Part shown: positions 51,059 through 62,027 of the stretch, in pieces
How positions within the stretch are numbered: position 1 is the first letter of the stretch
How the letters are laid out: the number at the start of each line of letters is the position of its first letter
Assembly (NCBI GenBank): GCA_963833985.1
Contig: CAWIAD010000002.1
Location: forward strand, 5,216,001-5,280,000
Reading direction: 5' to 3'
From: an uncultured Planctomycetaceae bacterium
GTDB lineage: Bacteria > Planctomycetota > Planctomycetia > Isosphaerales > Isosphaeraceae
Length of the DNA stretch: 64,000 nt
Made by a program: the position numbers and the translations under genes
The notes under the pieces: model-generated
Seen by the model: only the letters and a program-made list of their open reading frames with translations
Databases searched by the model: none
What the model was told of the DNA's origin: nothing

Positions 51059-52555
51059 TCACCTCGTCGAACGGACCGCGAGATCCGCGGAGTCCGCCAT
51101 GACGGGGTCCATCGCATCGGCCGGCTCGGCGGCCAGCGGCAGCCTGAGCGAGAAGCAACTCCCCTTGCCCGCCTCGCTGGAGACGCCGATCGCGCCACCG
51201 AACGACCGTGCCAGCCTGCCGGCGACAGCAAGGCCCAGGCCCAGGCCCGGTGCGCCCCGCCGCCGGGCGGCCGGAGATCGGTAAAAGGGCTCGAACAAGA
51301 GTGCCAGCTCATCGGCCGCGATGCCGATGCCGCGGTCCTCGACGCGGAGCAGGACGTCACCGCCATCATGCTCCAGCCGCACCACGATCGGCGTTCCGGG
51401 CTCGCTGTACCGCGCAGCATTGTCCAGCAGGTTGTTGACCAGCTCGGCCAGGAGTGCGGGCTGCACGCGTACCGGCAACGGTTCCTCGGCCGCACCACAT
51501 TCCAGGCGCAGGTCGCAGCCTCGGCCCGTCTCCTGCCAGGAGGTCAGGTGATCGCGCAGCCAGGCGGCCAGGTTGATCACCTCCAGCAAGGGAGCCAGCA
51601 TCTCGTTATCGGCGCGGGCCAGGAAGAGCAGCGACTCCACGATCTGCCGCAGGTGACGGGTCTGCCGTGCCACCACCTGGAGCACGCGCTGATACTCGGC
51701 GACGTCGCGGGGTTGCCGCAGCGCCAGGTCGACCTGCCCGAGGATTGCGGTTAGCGGCGTTCGCAACTGGTGCGACGCGTCGCCGGTGAACCGCCGCTGG
51801 CGCTCGAAGGATTCTTGCAGACGGCCCAGCAGCGAGTTGATCGACTGGCCCAGCTCTTGAAGCTCGTCACCGGTGTGCGGTACCGGCAAGCGCTCCTCGA
51901 TCGCGTCGCCGCCAATCGCATGAGCCGCCTGGGCCATGGCCGAGAGCGGCCGCAGGGCCCGCCGGCAGAGCCGCTGGCCGCAGATCAGGGCCAGCGTCCA
52001 GACGGCCAGCGACAGGCACGAAAGAACGATGGCCAGGTTCCGCAGCGTCTGCTGCACGCCTTCCAGCGAGACGGCGGCATCGAGCGTTAACCGGGAATGG
52101 AACGCAGAGCGCCGGCCATGATCCGCGGGCAAGGTATCGACGCGCCCGGGAGATTCCAGAACGCGCTGCATGGCCCGCCACGAGACTCCGCGGTCGTCGT
52201 GGACCGTTCGCGGACGCCGGCTCGCAGGGCCCGCGGTGGTAGGCTCCGGAAGGCCGGAGAAGTCCGCCGCGGAGCCGTCGAGCCGCTGGCCGTGCTCGTC
52301 TGTGACCTGCCAGGTGAACGGGCCCTCGAGCGTGTGACGGCCAAACGAGAGCGTGCGCTCTTGCGGCTCCCATTCGACCCCCCTGGAGCTGACCTCGGTG
52401 GCAGCCGCCAGGGTGCCAATGACGGCCTCGAGCCGCTCATCAATCTGGCGGTGAAGATAGCGCGCGGCCAGCGAGTACAGCGCGCAGGAGAATCCCGCGA
52501 GCACGATCGCCAGTGCGGCAGTGAAGAACAAGAGCAATCGCGTGCTCAGCTTCAT
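51059..52555 (-). CDS. Two-component sensor histidine kinase (2 TM, HAMP, HisKA, HATPase)
   Basis: FTGDASHQLRTPL, NLLDNAARYS, DRGIGI, LFEPFYR, GLGLGLA. Confidence 0.95.
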   Translation of the reverse strand: MKLSTRLLLFFTAALAIVLAGFSCALYSLAARYLHRQIDERLEAVIGTLAAATEVSSRGVEWEPQERTLSFGRHTLEGPFTWQVTDEHGQRLDGSAADFSGLPEPTTAGPASRRPRTVHDDRGVSWRAMQRVLESPGRVDTLPADHGRRSAFHSRLTLDAAVSLEGVQQTLRNLAIVLSCLSLAVWTLALICGQRLCRRALRPLSAMAQAAHAIGGDAIEERLPVPHTGDELQELGQSINSLLGRLQESFERQRRFTGDASHQLRTPLTAILGQVDLALRQPRDVAEYQRVLQVVARQTRHLRQIVESLLFLARADNEMLAPLLEVINLAAWLRDHLTSWQETGRGCDLRLECGAAEEPLPVRVQPALLAELVNNLLDNAARYSEPGTPIVVRLEHDGGDVLLRVEDRGIGIAADELALLFEPFYRSPAARRRGAPGLGLGLAVAGRLARSFGGAIGVSSEAGKGSCFSLRLPLAAEPADAMDPVMADSADLAVRSTR

Positions 52556-52575
52556 GGATGAGCGTGAAATCAGGA

Positions 52576-53274
52576 TCATGAGACACTCTCAGGGTGATCG
52601 CCAGCGCCAAAGCGGTAGCCGCGGCCGCGCAGGGTGTGGATGAGCCGCGGACCGTGGGCTTCCAGCTTGCGCCGCACCTCCATGACATGGTACTCCAGCG
52701 TGTTCGACAACCCCACGTAGCGCTCGTCCCAGACATGGTCGTAAATCCGCGTCCGCGAGAGCACCTCGTCAGGATGCCGCATGAAGAAGACGAGCAGGGC
52801 CTGCTCCTTGGCGGTGAGCTCCAGCCGCTTGCCTGCGCGTTCGACGCGATGGGTGGCCAGATCCACGCTCAGATCGCCATAGGAGAGCACATTTCCCGAA
52901 CGCTTCCCCGGCCGCCTGGTGAGCGCACGCACGCGGGCCAGCAGCTCGTCATAATCGAACGGCTTGCAGAGATAATCGTCGGCACCGCAGTTCAGCCCGC
53001 GTACCCGGTCAGAGACCGCGTCGCGGGCCGTGAGGAAGAGCACGGGGTCATCATGACCGGCCTGGCGGAACCGCATGAGCAACGTCAGGCCGTCGGGCCC
53101 CGGCAGCCACCAGTCGAGCACCACCAGGTCCCAGGGTCCCTGGTGCTGAAGGGCATGCCAGCCATCGTCGCCGGTGGCAGCCAGCTCGACTGTGAACCCT
53201 TCCTCACGGAGCCCGCGCACGATGAAATCCGCAATCTCTTCTTCGTCCTCGATCACCAGCACGCGGATTCCCAT
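52576..53274 (-). CDS. OmpR/PhoB-family response regulator
   Basis: VLVIEDE, LDWWLPGPDG, FLTARD, GADDYLCKPF, LTAKE, HTLRGRGY. Confidence 0.95.
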   Translation of the reverse strand: MGIRVLVIEDEEEIADFIVRGLREEGFTVELAATGDDGWHALQHQGPWDLVVLDWWLPGPDGLTLLMRFRQAGHDDPVLFLTARDAVSDRVRGLNCGADDYLCKPFDYDELLARVRALTRRPGKRSGNVLSYGDLSVDLATHRVERAGKRLELTAKEQALLVFFMRHPDEVLSRTRIYDHVWDERYVGLSNTLEYHVMEVRRKLEAHGPRLIHTLRGRGYRFGAGDHPESVS

Positions 53275-53325
53275 CAGTCTGCCCCGATCAAAGGGTGTGA
53301 GCCAGGACTCCACCTGGCGCCCGGG

Positions 53326-53838
53326 TTACTTGCCTTCCTTCTCCTCCGCCTCTTCTTTCTCCTGCGCGGCTTCCTTGATTTTCCCCCTGGCGTCAACGGT
53401 CACCTCGACCGACTTGCCGGCCGCGGTGACAACGTCCAGCTCGTACGCCTTCTCTTCCTCCTTGCCGTCCTCGATCTCCACGATCTCCTCGGCCTTTTTG
53501 ATCTTCGCCTGCGGATACCGGGCGGCAATCGCCTCGGTAACGGCCCTGGGTACATCGCTCATGGCGATCTCGGTCTCGATCTCCTCGATCTCGCCCTTCT
53601 CATCGAGGCTCACGGTGATGTGCTTCCCTGCACTGGTGAGACTGACCTCGTAGGTGGTCTTCTTGCCTTCCACTTCCTTGGAGGCCTCCTTGAGCTCCGC
53701 TTGCGGGAACTTGTGCTTCACGGCATCGATCCCGGCCCTGGGTACTTGAGCGAGCGGGACCTTCTGCTCGTCGCCCCGGATGGATGGCCCGAAAACCAGG
53801 ACAGACACTGCCAGGATACCAGAGACGCTGAACTTCAT
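53326..53838 (-). CDS. Periplasmic PepSY-like / BLIP-like repeat protein
   Basis: Signal peptide; two repeats VP.AV...(F/Y)PQA.....E....YE(V/L); GGAAAGGA upstream. Confidence 0.8.
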   Translation of the reverse strand: MKFSVSGILAVSVLVFGPSIRGDEQKVPLAQVPRAGIDAVKHKFPQAELKEASKEVEGKKTTYEVSLTSAGKHITVSLDEKGEIEEIETEIAMSDVPRAVTEAIAARYPQAKIKKAEEIVEIEDGKEEEKAYELDVVTAAGKSVEVTVDARGKIKEAAQEKEEAEEKEGK

Positions 53839-53918
53839 CGGCTTTTCCTTTCCAGCATGGAGAGAGGTAGCAGCAGCCAGAACTCCAGGTCAGGCTCGAG
53901 CGCGGCCTTTCCGCTCGG

Positions 53919-53962
53919 ATTGTACGGCCAGGCACATCAGGTAAGCGTGAGCAGACGATAAG
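53919..53962 (-). promoter_or_regulatory. Putative OmpR-family binding boxes plus -10 element for the PepSY-RR-HK operon
   Basis: Minus strand reads CTTAT-N6-CTCAC-N6-CTGAT (11-bp period, 53962-53936), then TACAAT (53924-53919). Confidence 0.4.
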
Positions 53963-54081
53963 AAATGTCTTATCTACGGCTCACGGCCTGCTCAGGTCCG
54001 GCGCCTATATTGCTCCAGTGGCAGAGTGAAGAACCCTGTTCCTCCTTTCTGGTATCCACGGTCATGAGAAAACTTCAAGTC

Positions 54082-55151
54082 ATGGACTCATGGAAGAGTT
54101 TCGTCGCGTCAGCGTCCGGCTTCCTGCACAGGCACGTGCTCTTGCTCGTGGTGGCAAGCTATGCACTGGCAGCCACCTGGCCGGGCATAGGAATGTGGAT
54201 CAAGGATACGAGCCTCCTTGAATCCGCCGTGGGTCCGGTGCGGATTCACGCCACCATCCCGGCGCTCTTGCTGGCGTTCTTGCTGGGCAGCGCGGGAATG
54301 CGGGTGCGCGGCGAGCGGATGCGGGCGATGGTCCGGCGCCCGGAATGATCGTCGCCGGAATCCTGGCCAACCTGTCAGTCCCGGTGTTTTACCTCGTCCT
54401 GCTCATTCCCGTGCTCGGCTGCTGGCACAACCCGGATGAAGTGTCGACGATCGTGATCGGCCTGGCGCTCGTGGCGTCGATGCCGGTGGCCGGCTCATCT
54501 ACCGGATGGGCACAGCATGCCGGGGCCGACATGGCCGTCAGCCTGGGGCTTGTGCTGGTGTCCACGCTCATCAGCCCGCTGGTCACGCCCCTGGTGCTCA
54601 AGTTCCTGGGAACGGTTTCACCCACTCAGGCAGCGACGGCTCTCCATCAAGTGTCCGGCAGCAAGACGGGCGAGTTCCTCCTGGTCTGGGTGCTGGCCCC
54701 GTCGCTCCTGGGTATCGCGGTGCGGCAGATCATCCCCGAAAGACGCATGGTCCAGCTGGAGCAGTTGCTCAAGCCGCTGGCCACACTTTGCCTGCTGGTG
54801 CTCTGCTACGCCAACGCGTCCGCCTGCCTGCCGCAAGCCCTGCACAGCCAGGACTGGGACTTCCTGGGTGCCGTGGTCGTTGCGGTGCTGGGCATGTGCA
54901 CGGTCACCTTCACGATGGGATACACCGTCGGCAAGGTTTTTCACGCTGACCGGCAAGCCCGTACCGCACTCATGTACGGGCTGGGGATGAACAACAACGG
55001 CACGGGACTGGTACTGGCGTCGGCGGCTCTGGCGTCCCGGCCGATCGTGCTCCTGCCCATCATCATCTACAACCTGGGACAGCACCTGGTCGCCGGCTGC
55101 GTGCATGGGCTCACAGCGGCGGAGCACGACGCTCCGCGCCGAGCCGATTGA
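54082..55151 (+). CDS. Bile acid:sodium symporter (BASS) family transporter (apparent frameshift near 54345)
   Basis: GLALVASMPVAGSS, LVSTLISPLVTP, GMNNNGTGLVLA, PIIIYNLGQH; ~10 TM segments. Confidence 0.85.
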
Positions 55152-55185
55152 CGGCGGGGCACGACGCTCCGCGCCGATTGACCGC

Positions 55186-55671
55186 TCACTTGGACTCGTG
55201 CGCCAGGTAGGCCTCGACCATGAGCACGCTGGGGCCGGCACGGCGGATCACGGAGAGCCGCGTCTCGGCGCTGCTGACTTCCTCCAGTTGCTCGTTCACG
55301 AACCACTGGAGGAAGTTCATGGCGATGTAGTTCTTCTCGGCCGCCGCCAGATCCATCAACTCATAAATCTGCCGCGTCGTGACCTGTTCGGTGTCGAGCG
55401 CCAGCTGCGCGGCGTCGAGTGCCGAGTCGAACTCGTTGCGCGGGGCGGAGATCGCCGGAAAGGCAGCCTTGCCCCCGGCATCGAGCAGGAACTTCACGAA
55501 CTTCATCGCGTGCTGCCGCTCTTCGTCGGCCTGGGTGGAATAGATCCGGGCCAGGCCGAAGAGCCCCTCTCGATCAAAATAAGCCGCGATCGCCAGGTAC
55601 TGGATCGAATTCCCCAGCTCGTGACCGATCTGTTCGTTGAACGCTTTGTTGATCTTCTCGCTGATCAGCAC
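55186..55671 (-). CDS. ftnA: Non-haem ferritin
   Basis: FNEQIGHE, QADEERQHAMK, EQVTTRQI, FLQWFVNEQLEE ferroxidase motifs; GTG start after GGGAG. Confidence 0.9.
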   Translation of the reverse strand: MLISEKINKAFNEQIGHELGNSIQYLAIAAYFDREGLFGLARIYSTQADEERQHAMKFVKFLLDAGGKAAFPAISAPRNEFDSALDAAQLALDTEQVTTRQIYELMDLAAAEKNYIAMNFLQWFVNEQLEEVSSAETRLSVIRRAGPSVLMVEAYLAHESK

Positions 55672-55787
55672 TGAAGGCTCCCTGCGTCGGGCGATCATTC
55701 CCCTGGCCTGTCCGTTACGGGCTTCATCATCGTGAAGCGGCTTGATCTTCCGGAATTCCTCGGCGCTGCACAAGCCCGCGGGCCCTG

Positions 55788-57537
55788 TCACCAGCGCAGC
55801 ACCACCAGCGAGACGGCCTGACGCGGCAGCAGGAACGTGAGGGGGAGCACTCCGCCCTGCGCGGGCCGCCACTCGGGAGACGTGCTCAGCGCAAGCTGTG
55901 CGGCGTGCTTCAGTGCGGCGAGCTGCTCGGACGTGGGCTGCGCGGCGCTCCCATGCGTTTCCACGCCTCGAACGCGTTACCGTGGCCGCCGTCGATCCGG
56001 TAATGCTCCACCAGCACCGGGCTGGCTGCGGGCGGCAAACCATTGAGCCGGAGCTCGACGGCCGCGTCCGGCGCCGGCAGGTCGTCATCGTGATAGTGCC
56101 AGACCAGCACGCTCAGGGTGCGCTCGTCCCGGGCGGCAAGGGCCATGACCTCCGGCTGCTCTCGCACGCCGTGCCGCATCAGGGCCTCGACGCCCGCATC
56201 GGCCTTGCACTCGACCTTCAGCCTGCGGCCGTTCATGAGTCCGAGCATCCGGAAAACGTTCAGCACCGGCAGGTCGATCCCGTTGCTGGCCAGCACGCGA
56301 AAGCCGGCGAAATAGGGCTGGTCCTCGAACTCGAACGCCCAGGTGAGCGAGCCCTCCAGGTTCACGCCATGCTTCTCGGCCAGGTCGAGCGTGCGGGCAT
56401 AGGCGGCTGCCGTGTAGCTGGCGTAAAGCGTGCTGTTGCGATAGGCATTCTGGGGGAAGACCGTGGCCGGACACGCCGCGCAGCCGTCGGGATCGGATTC
56501 GCCGATGATGATCGGCCGGCCCTTCAGCTCTGGATAGCCGGCAATGACCCTGAAACCGCGGTCGATGTCCTGGAGCTGCGTGGCAATCCCCATCTGCACG
56601 TGTCCAGCCGCGATATGCGGTGAGCCCTTGGCGTGGAACGCCAGGAAATCGAGCGGTGCGCCGGTCTTTCCCGTCGCATGGTTCGTACCCCGCAGGCAAT
56701 GCTCGATGAATCCCTGGAGGAACCGCGCCGCCTCGGGCGTGCGCGTGCCGGCGATCTCCGGCCCGCCCACGCGGGCCGCGGGCAGGGCGCGCTTGACGGC
56801 GTCGGCGGCATGGTCGTAGAGGCGGTGGTAATCCTCGGCCGTGCCACGCCAGTAGGAGATGTTCGGCTCGTTCCAGACTTCCCAGTACCACTGCTCCACC
56901 TCCGGGCGGCCGTAGCGGCTGACGCAGTGGGTCACCCACTGGTTCACCAGCTCGCCCCACTTCCGGTAATCCCTGGGCGGATACGCCCAGCCCGTTGACA
57001 GGCTTCCCCGCGCGGGGTCCAGTGGTGCCGATACGGCTCGGGCTTCGTGGAGAGTGCCTGAGGCATGAAGCCAATCTGGACATAGGGCTTCACCCCGCAT
57101 TGCAGATACGTGTCGAAGATGCGGTCGACGATCGTCCAGTCGTAGCGCGGCTGCCCCTGGCCGTCCTCGGTGTAGGCGTTCGTCGAGCCCCACTTCAGCG
57201 CCGGGGTGCCGTCACCGGTGGTCAGCAGGTTGTGCGTGCGGATGAAGACCGTTTGCCGGCTGAGCGCCGCCAGCTCCCCGAGCAGGGTCTTGCCATCTTT
57301 CATGTAGGTGTAGTTGGGTTCATCATATCCGAAGAATCGCCAGGCGGGTGGGAGTGGCAGCCCCGGCCGGGAGGCGTCCACGGTGATGGCGAACGGCTCC
57401 GTGCAGTTTCCACTTCGACTCCCGGCGGCCAGGCAGAGGGCCAGAACGGCCAGCATCACGACGCATCGGGATCTCGCGAAGAATACTGTTCGCTGGCTCT
57501 CATCTTCCAGCCGCCTCTTTTCGGTCCACATGCTCAT
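55788..57537 (-). CDS. GH39 beta-xylosidase-like glycoside hydrolase (apparent frameshifts near 57010 and 55930)
   Basis: FFGYDEPNY, RTHNLL, YDWTIVDRIFD, WEVWNEP, FHAKG, IIIGESDP; alternative frame ends LPRQAVSLVVLRW*. Confidence 0.88.
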
Positions 57538-57740
57538 GATCCTCCGCTGGCCTCTGGTGGTTCCACAGGCGCAGGTCGTCCAGGCGATGACACCCGTGCA
57601 ATATCGTTCCAGTGATGCTCAGTGTACCCCTTTTCGCGCCGCTGCCGAAGCACAAGTCGCAATCCGGGAGCTGACGCCCGGGGACGCCCGGCCCCCTTTC
57701 GCGGGGCACAAGCCAAAGTCGCGAGACAAGATTCCAAATC

Positions 57741-57856
57741 GTGGGACACGATTCCATTCGTGTCGCATAATCATAATGATTTTAATGAAAAAATGAATTG
57801 TAATAATATAACATTAGAATAACTATTGAAGAGACACCATCGGAGTCTTGTCCCAC
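57741..57856. repeat. Inverted pair of REP-like palindromic units flanking a 68-bp AT-rich spacer (REPIN/MITE-like)
   Basis: GTGG-GACACGA-TTCCAT-TCGTGTC at 57741-57764; inverted imperfect copy GTGG-GACAAGA-CTCCGA-TGGTGTC on the minus strand at 57856-57833. Confidence 0.65.
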
Positions 57857-57924
57857 GAAATGGAATCCAGGATGACAGGTCGGGTACCGCTGGACTCTGA
57901 GGGTTCTCCGAATCAGGGGAGGCT

Positions 57925-58617
57925 CTACCTCGCGGGATCTTCCAGGGCTGGAAGCTCGGTGCGATCCAGCACGCGCAGCAGGTCGAGCGCGTGGTCGATG
58001 ACCAGAATCGCACCGCTCTCGAACAGCTCCCCGGCGGTGCGGAAGCCCCACGCGGCGCCGATGGGGATCATGCCGGCGCGGCGGGCGGTGGTCATGTCGA
58101 TCGCCGAATCGCCCAAGTAGACGACCTCGTGCGGACCGGCGCCCAGGAGCGTGGCGATGCGCACGGCCTCGCCGGGGTCCGGCTTGCGCGCGAAGCCCGG
58201 GCGATCACCCAGAACCGCCTGGAACTGCCACCGGGGCAGCAGCTCGGTGACGCATTGCACGGTGAACGCGTGCGGCTTGTTGGACAGCACGGCCATGCCC
58301 AGAGAACGCTCCACCAGGCCGTCGAGCAGCTCGGGGACGCCGGGATAGGGCCGCGTGGCGCGGTTCCAGCCGCGGCCGTAGGTCTCGCGGAAGGCGGCCA
58401 CACAGCGATCCACCAGGGGGGGCTCGCCCATGCCCGGAGGCAGGGCGCGGCGGAAGAGCGTCGCGATCCCCTCGCCGATGAACTGGCGGTAGGATTCAAT
58501 GGGGTGCGGTGGAAAACCGAGCGTTTCGAGCGCCTCGTTCGCCGACCTGCCGATGTCCTCAAGGGTATCAAGCAGGGTGCCGTCGAGATCGAAGAGGACT
58601 GCGCGGGCGTCCTTCAT
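57925..58617 (-). CDS. HAD-superfamily hydrolase (phosphoglycolate phosphatase-like)
   Basis: FDLDGTLLDT, VLSNKP, RKPDP, YLGDSAIDM. Confidence 0.9.
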   Translation of the reverse strand: MKDARAVLFDLDGTLLDTLEDIGRSANEALETLGFPPHPIESYRQFIGEGIATLFRRALPPGMGEPPLVDRCVAAFRETYGRGWNRATRPYPGVPELLDGLVERSLGMAVLSNKPHAFTVQCVTELLPRWQFQAVLGDRPGFARKPDPGEAVRIATLLGAGPHEVVYLGDSAIDMTTARRAGMIPIGAAWGFRTAGELFESGAILVIDHALDLLRVLDRTELPALEDPAR

Positions 58618-58650
58618 TCGTGAGTGCTCCTGGAATGGCACGACTTCAAG

Positions 58651-60231
58651 TCAGTGTAACGGGCTGATCCGCACCAGCACCACGCCGTGGCTCGCGACGG
58701 ACGCCGTGAACTGGTTGTCGCACGTGCCCTGGTCTTTTTGCCGCCAGAGGTCGCGCAGTTGCCGGGGACCGGAGAGGCCCAGGTCGCGCCAGCGTGCGGT
58801 CACGACCGAGGGCGACGGACCCCGGTTGAACAGCCCCACGGCAATGGACCCGTCGGCCATGTCCCTGGCCCAGACCTCGACCGTGCCCTCCCTGGCGACG
58901 CGCCGGCCTGGCCGGCCCAGCACATCCTGATCGACGTCGATCACCTCGTCGTTGCAGAGCAGTCCGAGCGTGAAGTCGTCCAGGCGGGTGATGTCGCCGC
59001 TGAAGATCAGGGGGGCGGCCAGCAGGCACCAGAGGGAGACGTGCGCGTATTGCTCGTCGGGCGTGAGCGGCGTGGGAACGGTTTTGCCTTTCCAGTTGCT
59101 CAGGTAGCCCAGCAGCAGGTAATCCGGGTCGTTCCAGCCGCCAGGCCCTCCATACCGATGCAGCGCCCGGTTGGCGTAGAGGTCGAAGCCGTCGCGGAAC
59201 AGTGCCGCGGGAATGCCCTCGAAGCTGCCGCCGAAGTCGCCGGCCGTCCGCCAGCTCTGGCCGCCGACCTCCTTGCCCCACTCCCAGACGTCGCCCATGC
59301 CGTACTGGCAGAGGTTCAGCACCACGTCGCGCGGCTGCCGCCTGAGGATCTCGCCAATCTGCCGGTAGGGCTTCATGAGCGTGGCCCGGTCGGTCGATTT
59401 CGCAACCTGCCCGTAGGAGCACCAGTCATGCTTCAGGAAGTCGAAGCCCCAGGCGACGAACTGCTGCACGTCCTGCTCCTCATGCTGGTACGCGCCCACG
59501 TGACCACCGCAGGTGAGCGGGCCCGGCGAGGTGTAGATACCCGCTTTCAGACCCCGAGCGTGAATGTAATCGGTCAGGGCCTTCATGTCCGGGAAGCGCG
59601 CGTTGGAGCGGACGCGGCCAGCCGGGTCGCGGGGCGTGCCGCCCAGGTCCTGCTCCGGCGCGCCGGGCTTGACTGCCCAGCAGTCGTCGATATTCACATA
59701 GCTGTATCCGTGGTCGATCATTCCCGAACGCACCATGGCGTCGGCCGCGTCGCGAATGATCCGGTCCGTGACGTGGTTCTCCCAGATGTACCAGCTATTC
59801 CAGCCCATGTGCGGAGTGAGGGCCAATGTCTGGCCGCAGAGGATGCGGAACGGCCGGCGCGCGGTTCCGTGCGAGTTGGCCGCCTCGAAGACGACATCGT
59901 AGGTTCCCGCGGTGGTGAGGCAACCGCTGACCTGCCCCGTCGCGGGATCGACCGAGAGCCCGTGCGGCAGATCCTGCACGCCGTAACGCAGGGGCCGCGT
60001 ACCGGTGGCGGGAATGGTGAACAGAAAGGGAGAGCCGGGGCGGACGCCGAAGACTTTCGGACCGTTGATCCGGGGCGCCGGGCCGGGCCGGGGCGTGAGA
60101 ATCTCTGGCGCGGCCGCCACGGCCTGGGCAAAACTCAGGAGGCCCAGAGCAAGGAGGCCCACGGGCAGGAGCCAGGCCCCCGCGTGCATGCGTTTGATGG
60201 AAGTAGAAGTGGTCATCGATTGTTCATCCAT
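58651..60231 (-). CDS. GH27 alpha-galactosidase with putative Ig (He_PIG) domain
   Basis: TPHMGWNSW, YVNIDDCW, GLKAGIY, DFLKHDWC, SWRTAGD, WNDPDYL; signal peptide. Confidence 0.92.
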   Translation of the reverse strand: MDEQSMTTSTSIKRMHAGAWLLPVGLLALGLLSFAQAVAAAPEILTPRPGPAPRINGPKVFGVRPGSPFLFTIPATGTRPLRYGVQDLPHGLSVDPATGQVSGCLTTAGTYDVVFEAANSHGTARRPFRILCGQTLALTPHMGWNSWYIWENHVTDRIIRDAADAMVRSGMIDHGYSYVNIDDCWAVKPGAPEQDLGGTPRDPAGRVRSNARFPDMKALTDYIHARGLKAGIYTSPGPLTCGGHVGAYQHEEQDVQQFVAWGFDFLKHDWCSYGQVAKSTDRATLMKPYRQIGEILRRQPRDVVLNLCQYGMGDVWEWGKEVGGQSWRTAGDFGGSFEGIPAALFRDGFDLYANRALHRYGGPGGWNDPDYLLLGYLSNWKGKTVPTPLTPDEQYAHVSLWCLLAAPLIFSGDITRLDDFTLGLLCNDEVIDVDQDVLGRPGRRVAREGTVEVWARDMADGSIAVGLFNRGPSPSVVTARWRDLGLSGPRQLRDLWRQKDQGTCDNQFTASVASHGVVLVRISPLH

Positions 60232-61684
60232 TCATTCCACAGGCGGCGCGTCGAGCAGGCTCTCAATTTCCTCCAGGGTCTTTCCCCTGGTTTCGGGGAG
60301 CCGCAGGAAGACGAATGTGAAGCCCAGCACGCAGATCGCCGCATAGGTCCAGAAGGTTCCCGCCGGGCCGAGCACGTGGTTCAGCACGGGGAAGGAACCG
60401 GTCAACGTGAAGCAGCCCATCCAGAGAGCGAAGACGGCCAGCGCCAGGCGCAGCGCCGCGAATGCGGTTGGGGAAGATCTCCGCCAGCACTACCCAGACC
60501 ACTGGCCCGAGCGTGCAGGCAAAGCATGCAATGGCCGCGACGACCAGAAGCAGAACGTGAATGCCCTGCGTGTGCAGCGCATAGCTCAGGCCGATCAGTG
60601 CATAGATGACCGCCAGGCCCGCCGAGCCGGCAAGCATGAGCAGGCGGCGGCCCAGGCGGTCCACGGTGGCGATGGCCACGAAGGTGAATGCCAGGTTCAC
60701 CACGCCGGTGATGACGATGTTGAAGAGGATGTCGGAGACGCCGTATCCGGCCGACGCGAAGACTTCCTCGGCGTAGTTGAAGATGACGTTGATGCCACAC
60801 CACTGCTGGAAGACCGCCAGGACCACGCCGATCACCAGTGCCGGGCGGACCCGCAGATCCAGCAACGCGCGCGCACCCGACGCGCTGGCGTCGTGTGTCT
60901 CGGCCAGCGTCATGCGGATCTCGTCCAGGGCCGTCTGCGCGTAGGACGGACCGCCGACCCTGGCAAGAATGTGCGCCGCTTCCTGCTCGAAGCCCGCCCG
61001 TGCCAGCCAGCGCGGGCTCTCGGGTACAACGAACATCGCCACGAAGAAGAACAGAGCCGGGACGGCCGTCACGCCAAACATCCAGCGCCAGCCGAACTGA
61101 CCGTTCCAGGACTGGAGGATCTGCTCAGGCGTTGCGCCCGGTGCCACCGGTTCAGCGATCAGCCAGTTGACAAGCTGGGCCAGCAGGATGCCGATGACGA
61201 TCGTGAGCTGGTTGAGCGCCACGAGCTTGCCCCGGATTGCAGCCGGAGCGATCTCGGCGATGTACATCGGCGAGAGGTTCGACGCCAGGCCGATGGCCAC
61301 TCCGCCGGCGATCCGGCCAAGCACGAAAAGCGTGAAGGAAGCAGCGAGCGCCGTGCCGATCGACGAGAGCGTGAAAAGCACGGCCGCAAGGATCAGCAAC
61401 CGCTTGCGGCCGAAGCGATCGGCCAGCATGCCGGAGGCAATCGCCCCCAGCAGGCAGCCCACCAGGGCGCTGCTCATCGCCCAGCCCACCGCGAGCGGAC
61501 TGGCCAGATGGAAGTACTTCTCGTAAAACGGCTTGGCCCCGCCGATGACCACGAAGTCATACCCGAAGAGCAACCCGCCGAGAGCGGCCACCAGGCTGAT
61601 GGTCCAGATCCATCTCACATCAAGGATCCCCTCCGGCTCGGTGCGCGTCTGGAGCTGACGAGGGCGATCATCGGCGGCGAGCAT
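60232..61684 (-). CDS. MFS sugar porter (XylE/AraE-like; apparent frameshift near 60445)
   Basis: GGLLFGYD, DRFGRK, PMYIAEIAP..IRG, PESPRWL, QQWCGIN, EIFP, LPETRGKTLEEIE. Confidence 0.93.
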
Positions 61685-62027
61685 GGCGGGGATTCCGAGG
61701 GTGGGATCGGGGCGGCAGCCCTTTCAACGGGCCGGTGGACGTTGCGGTGTCCGGAACTGATTGTACAGGAAGCGGCGGCGCAGGGGAAAAGTCTTCCGTG
61801 ACGATCCTCGACGTCTCGACGTGCCCGTCGCCTGCCAGGGTAGCGCGGTGGCCTGGTTCGAGCCGGGAACCATCGAGCCGCGCCTCATCGTGCTGCCGGT
61901 CCGCCGCCCCCTTCGCAAGAAGTGAAAAGGATGGTATGCCTTGAAGGCAGGGCATTGCCGGAGCGGCAGGCGAGAAACCGCGCCGCATTGCCCTCTCCTC
62001 ACCTCTCCCACGCTCGACGGAGGCCTC

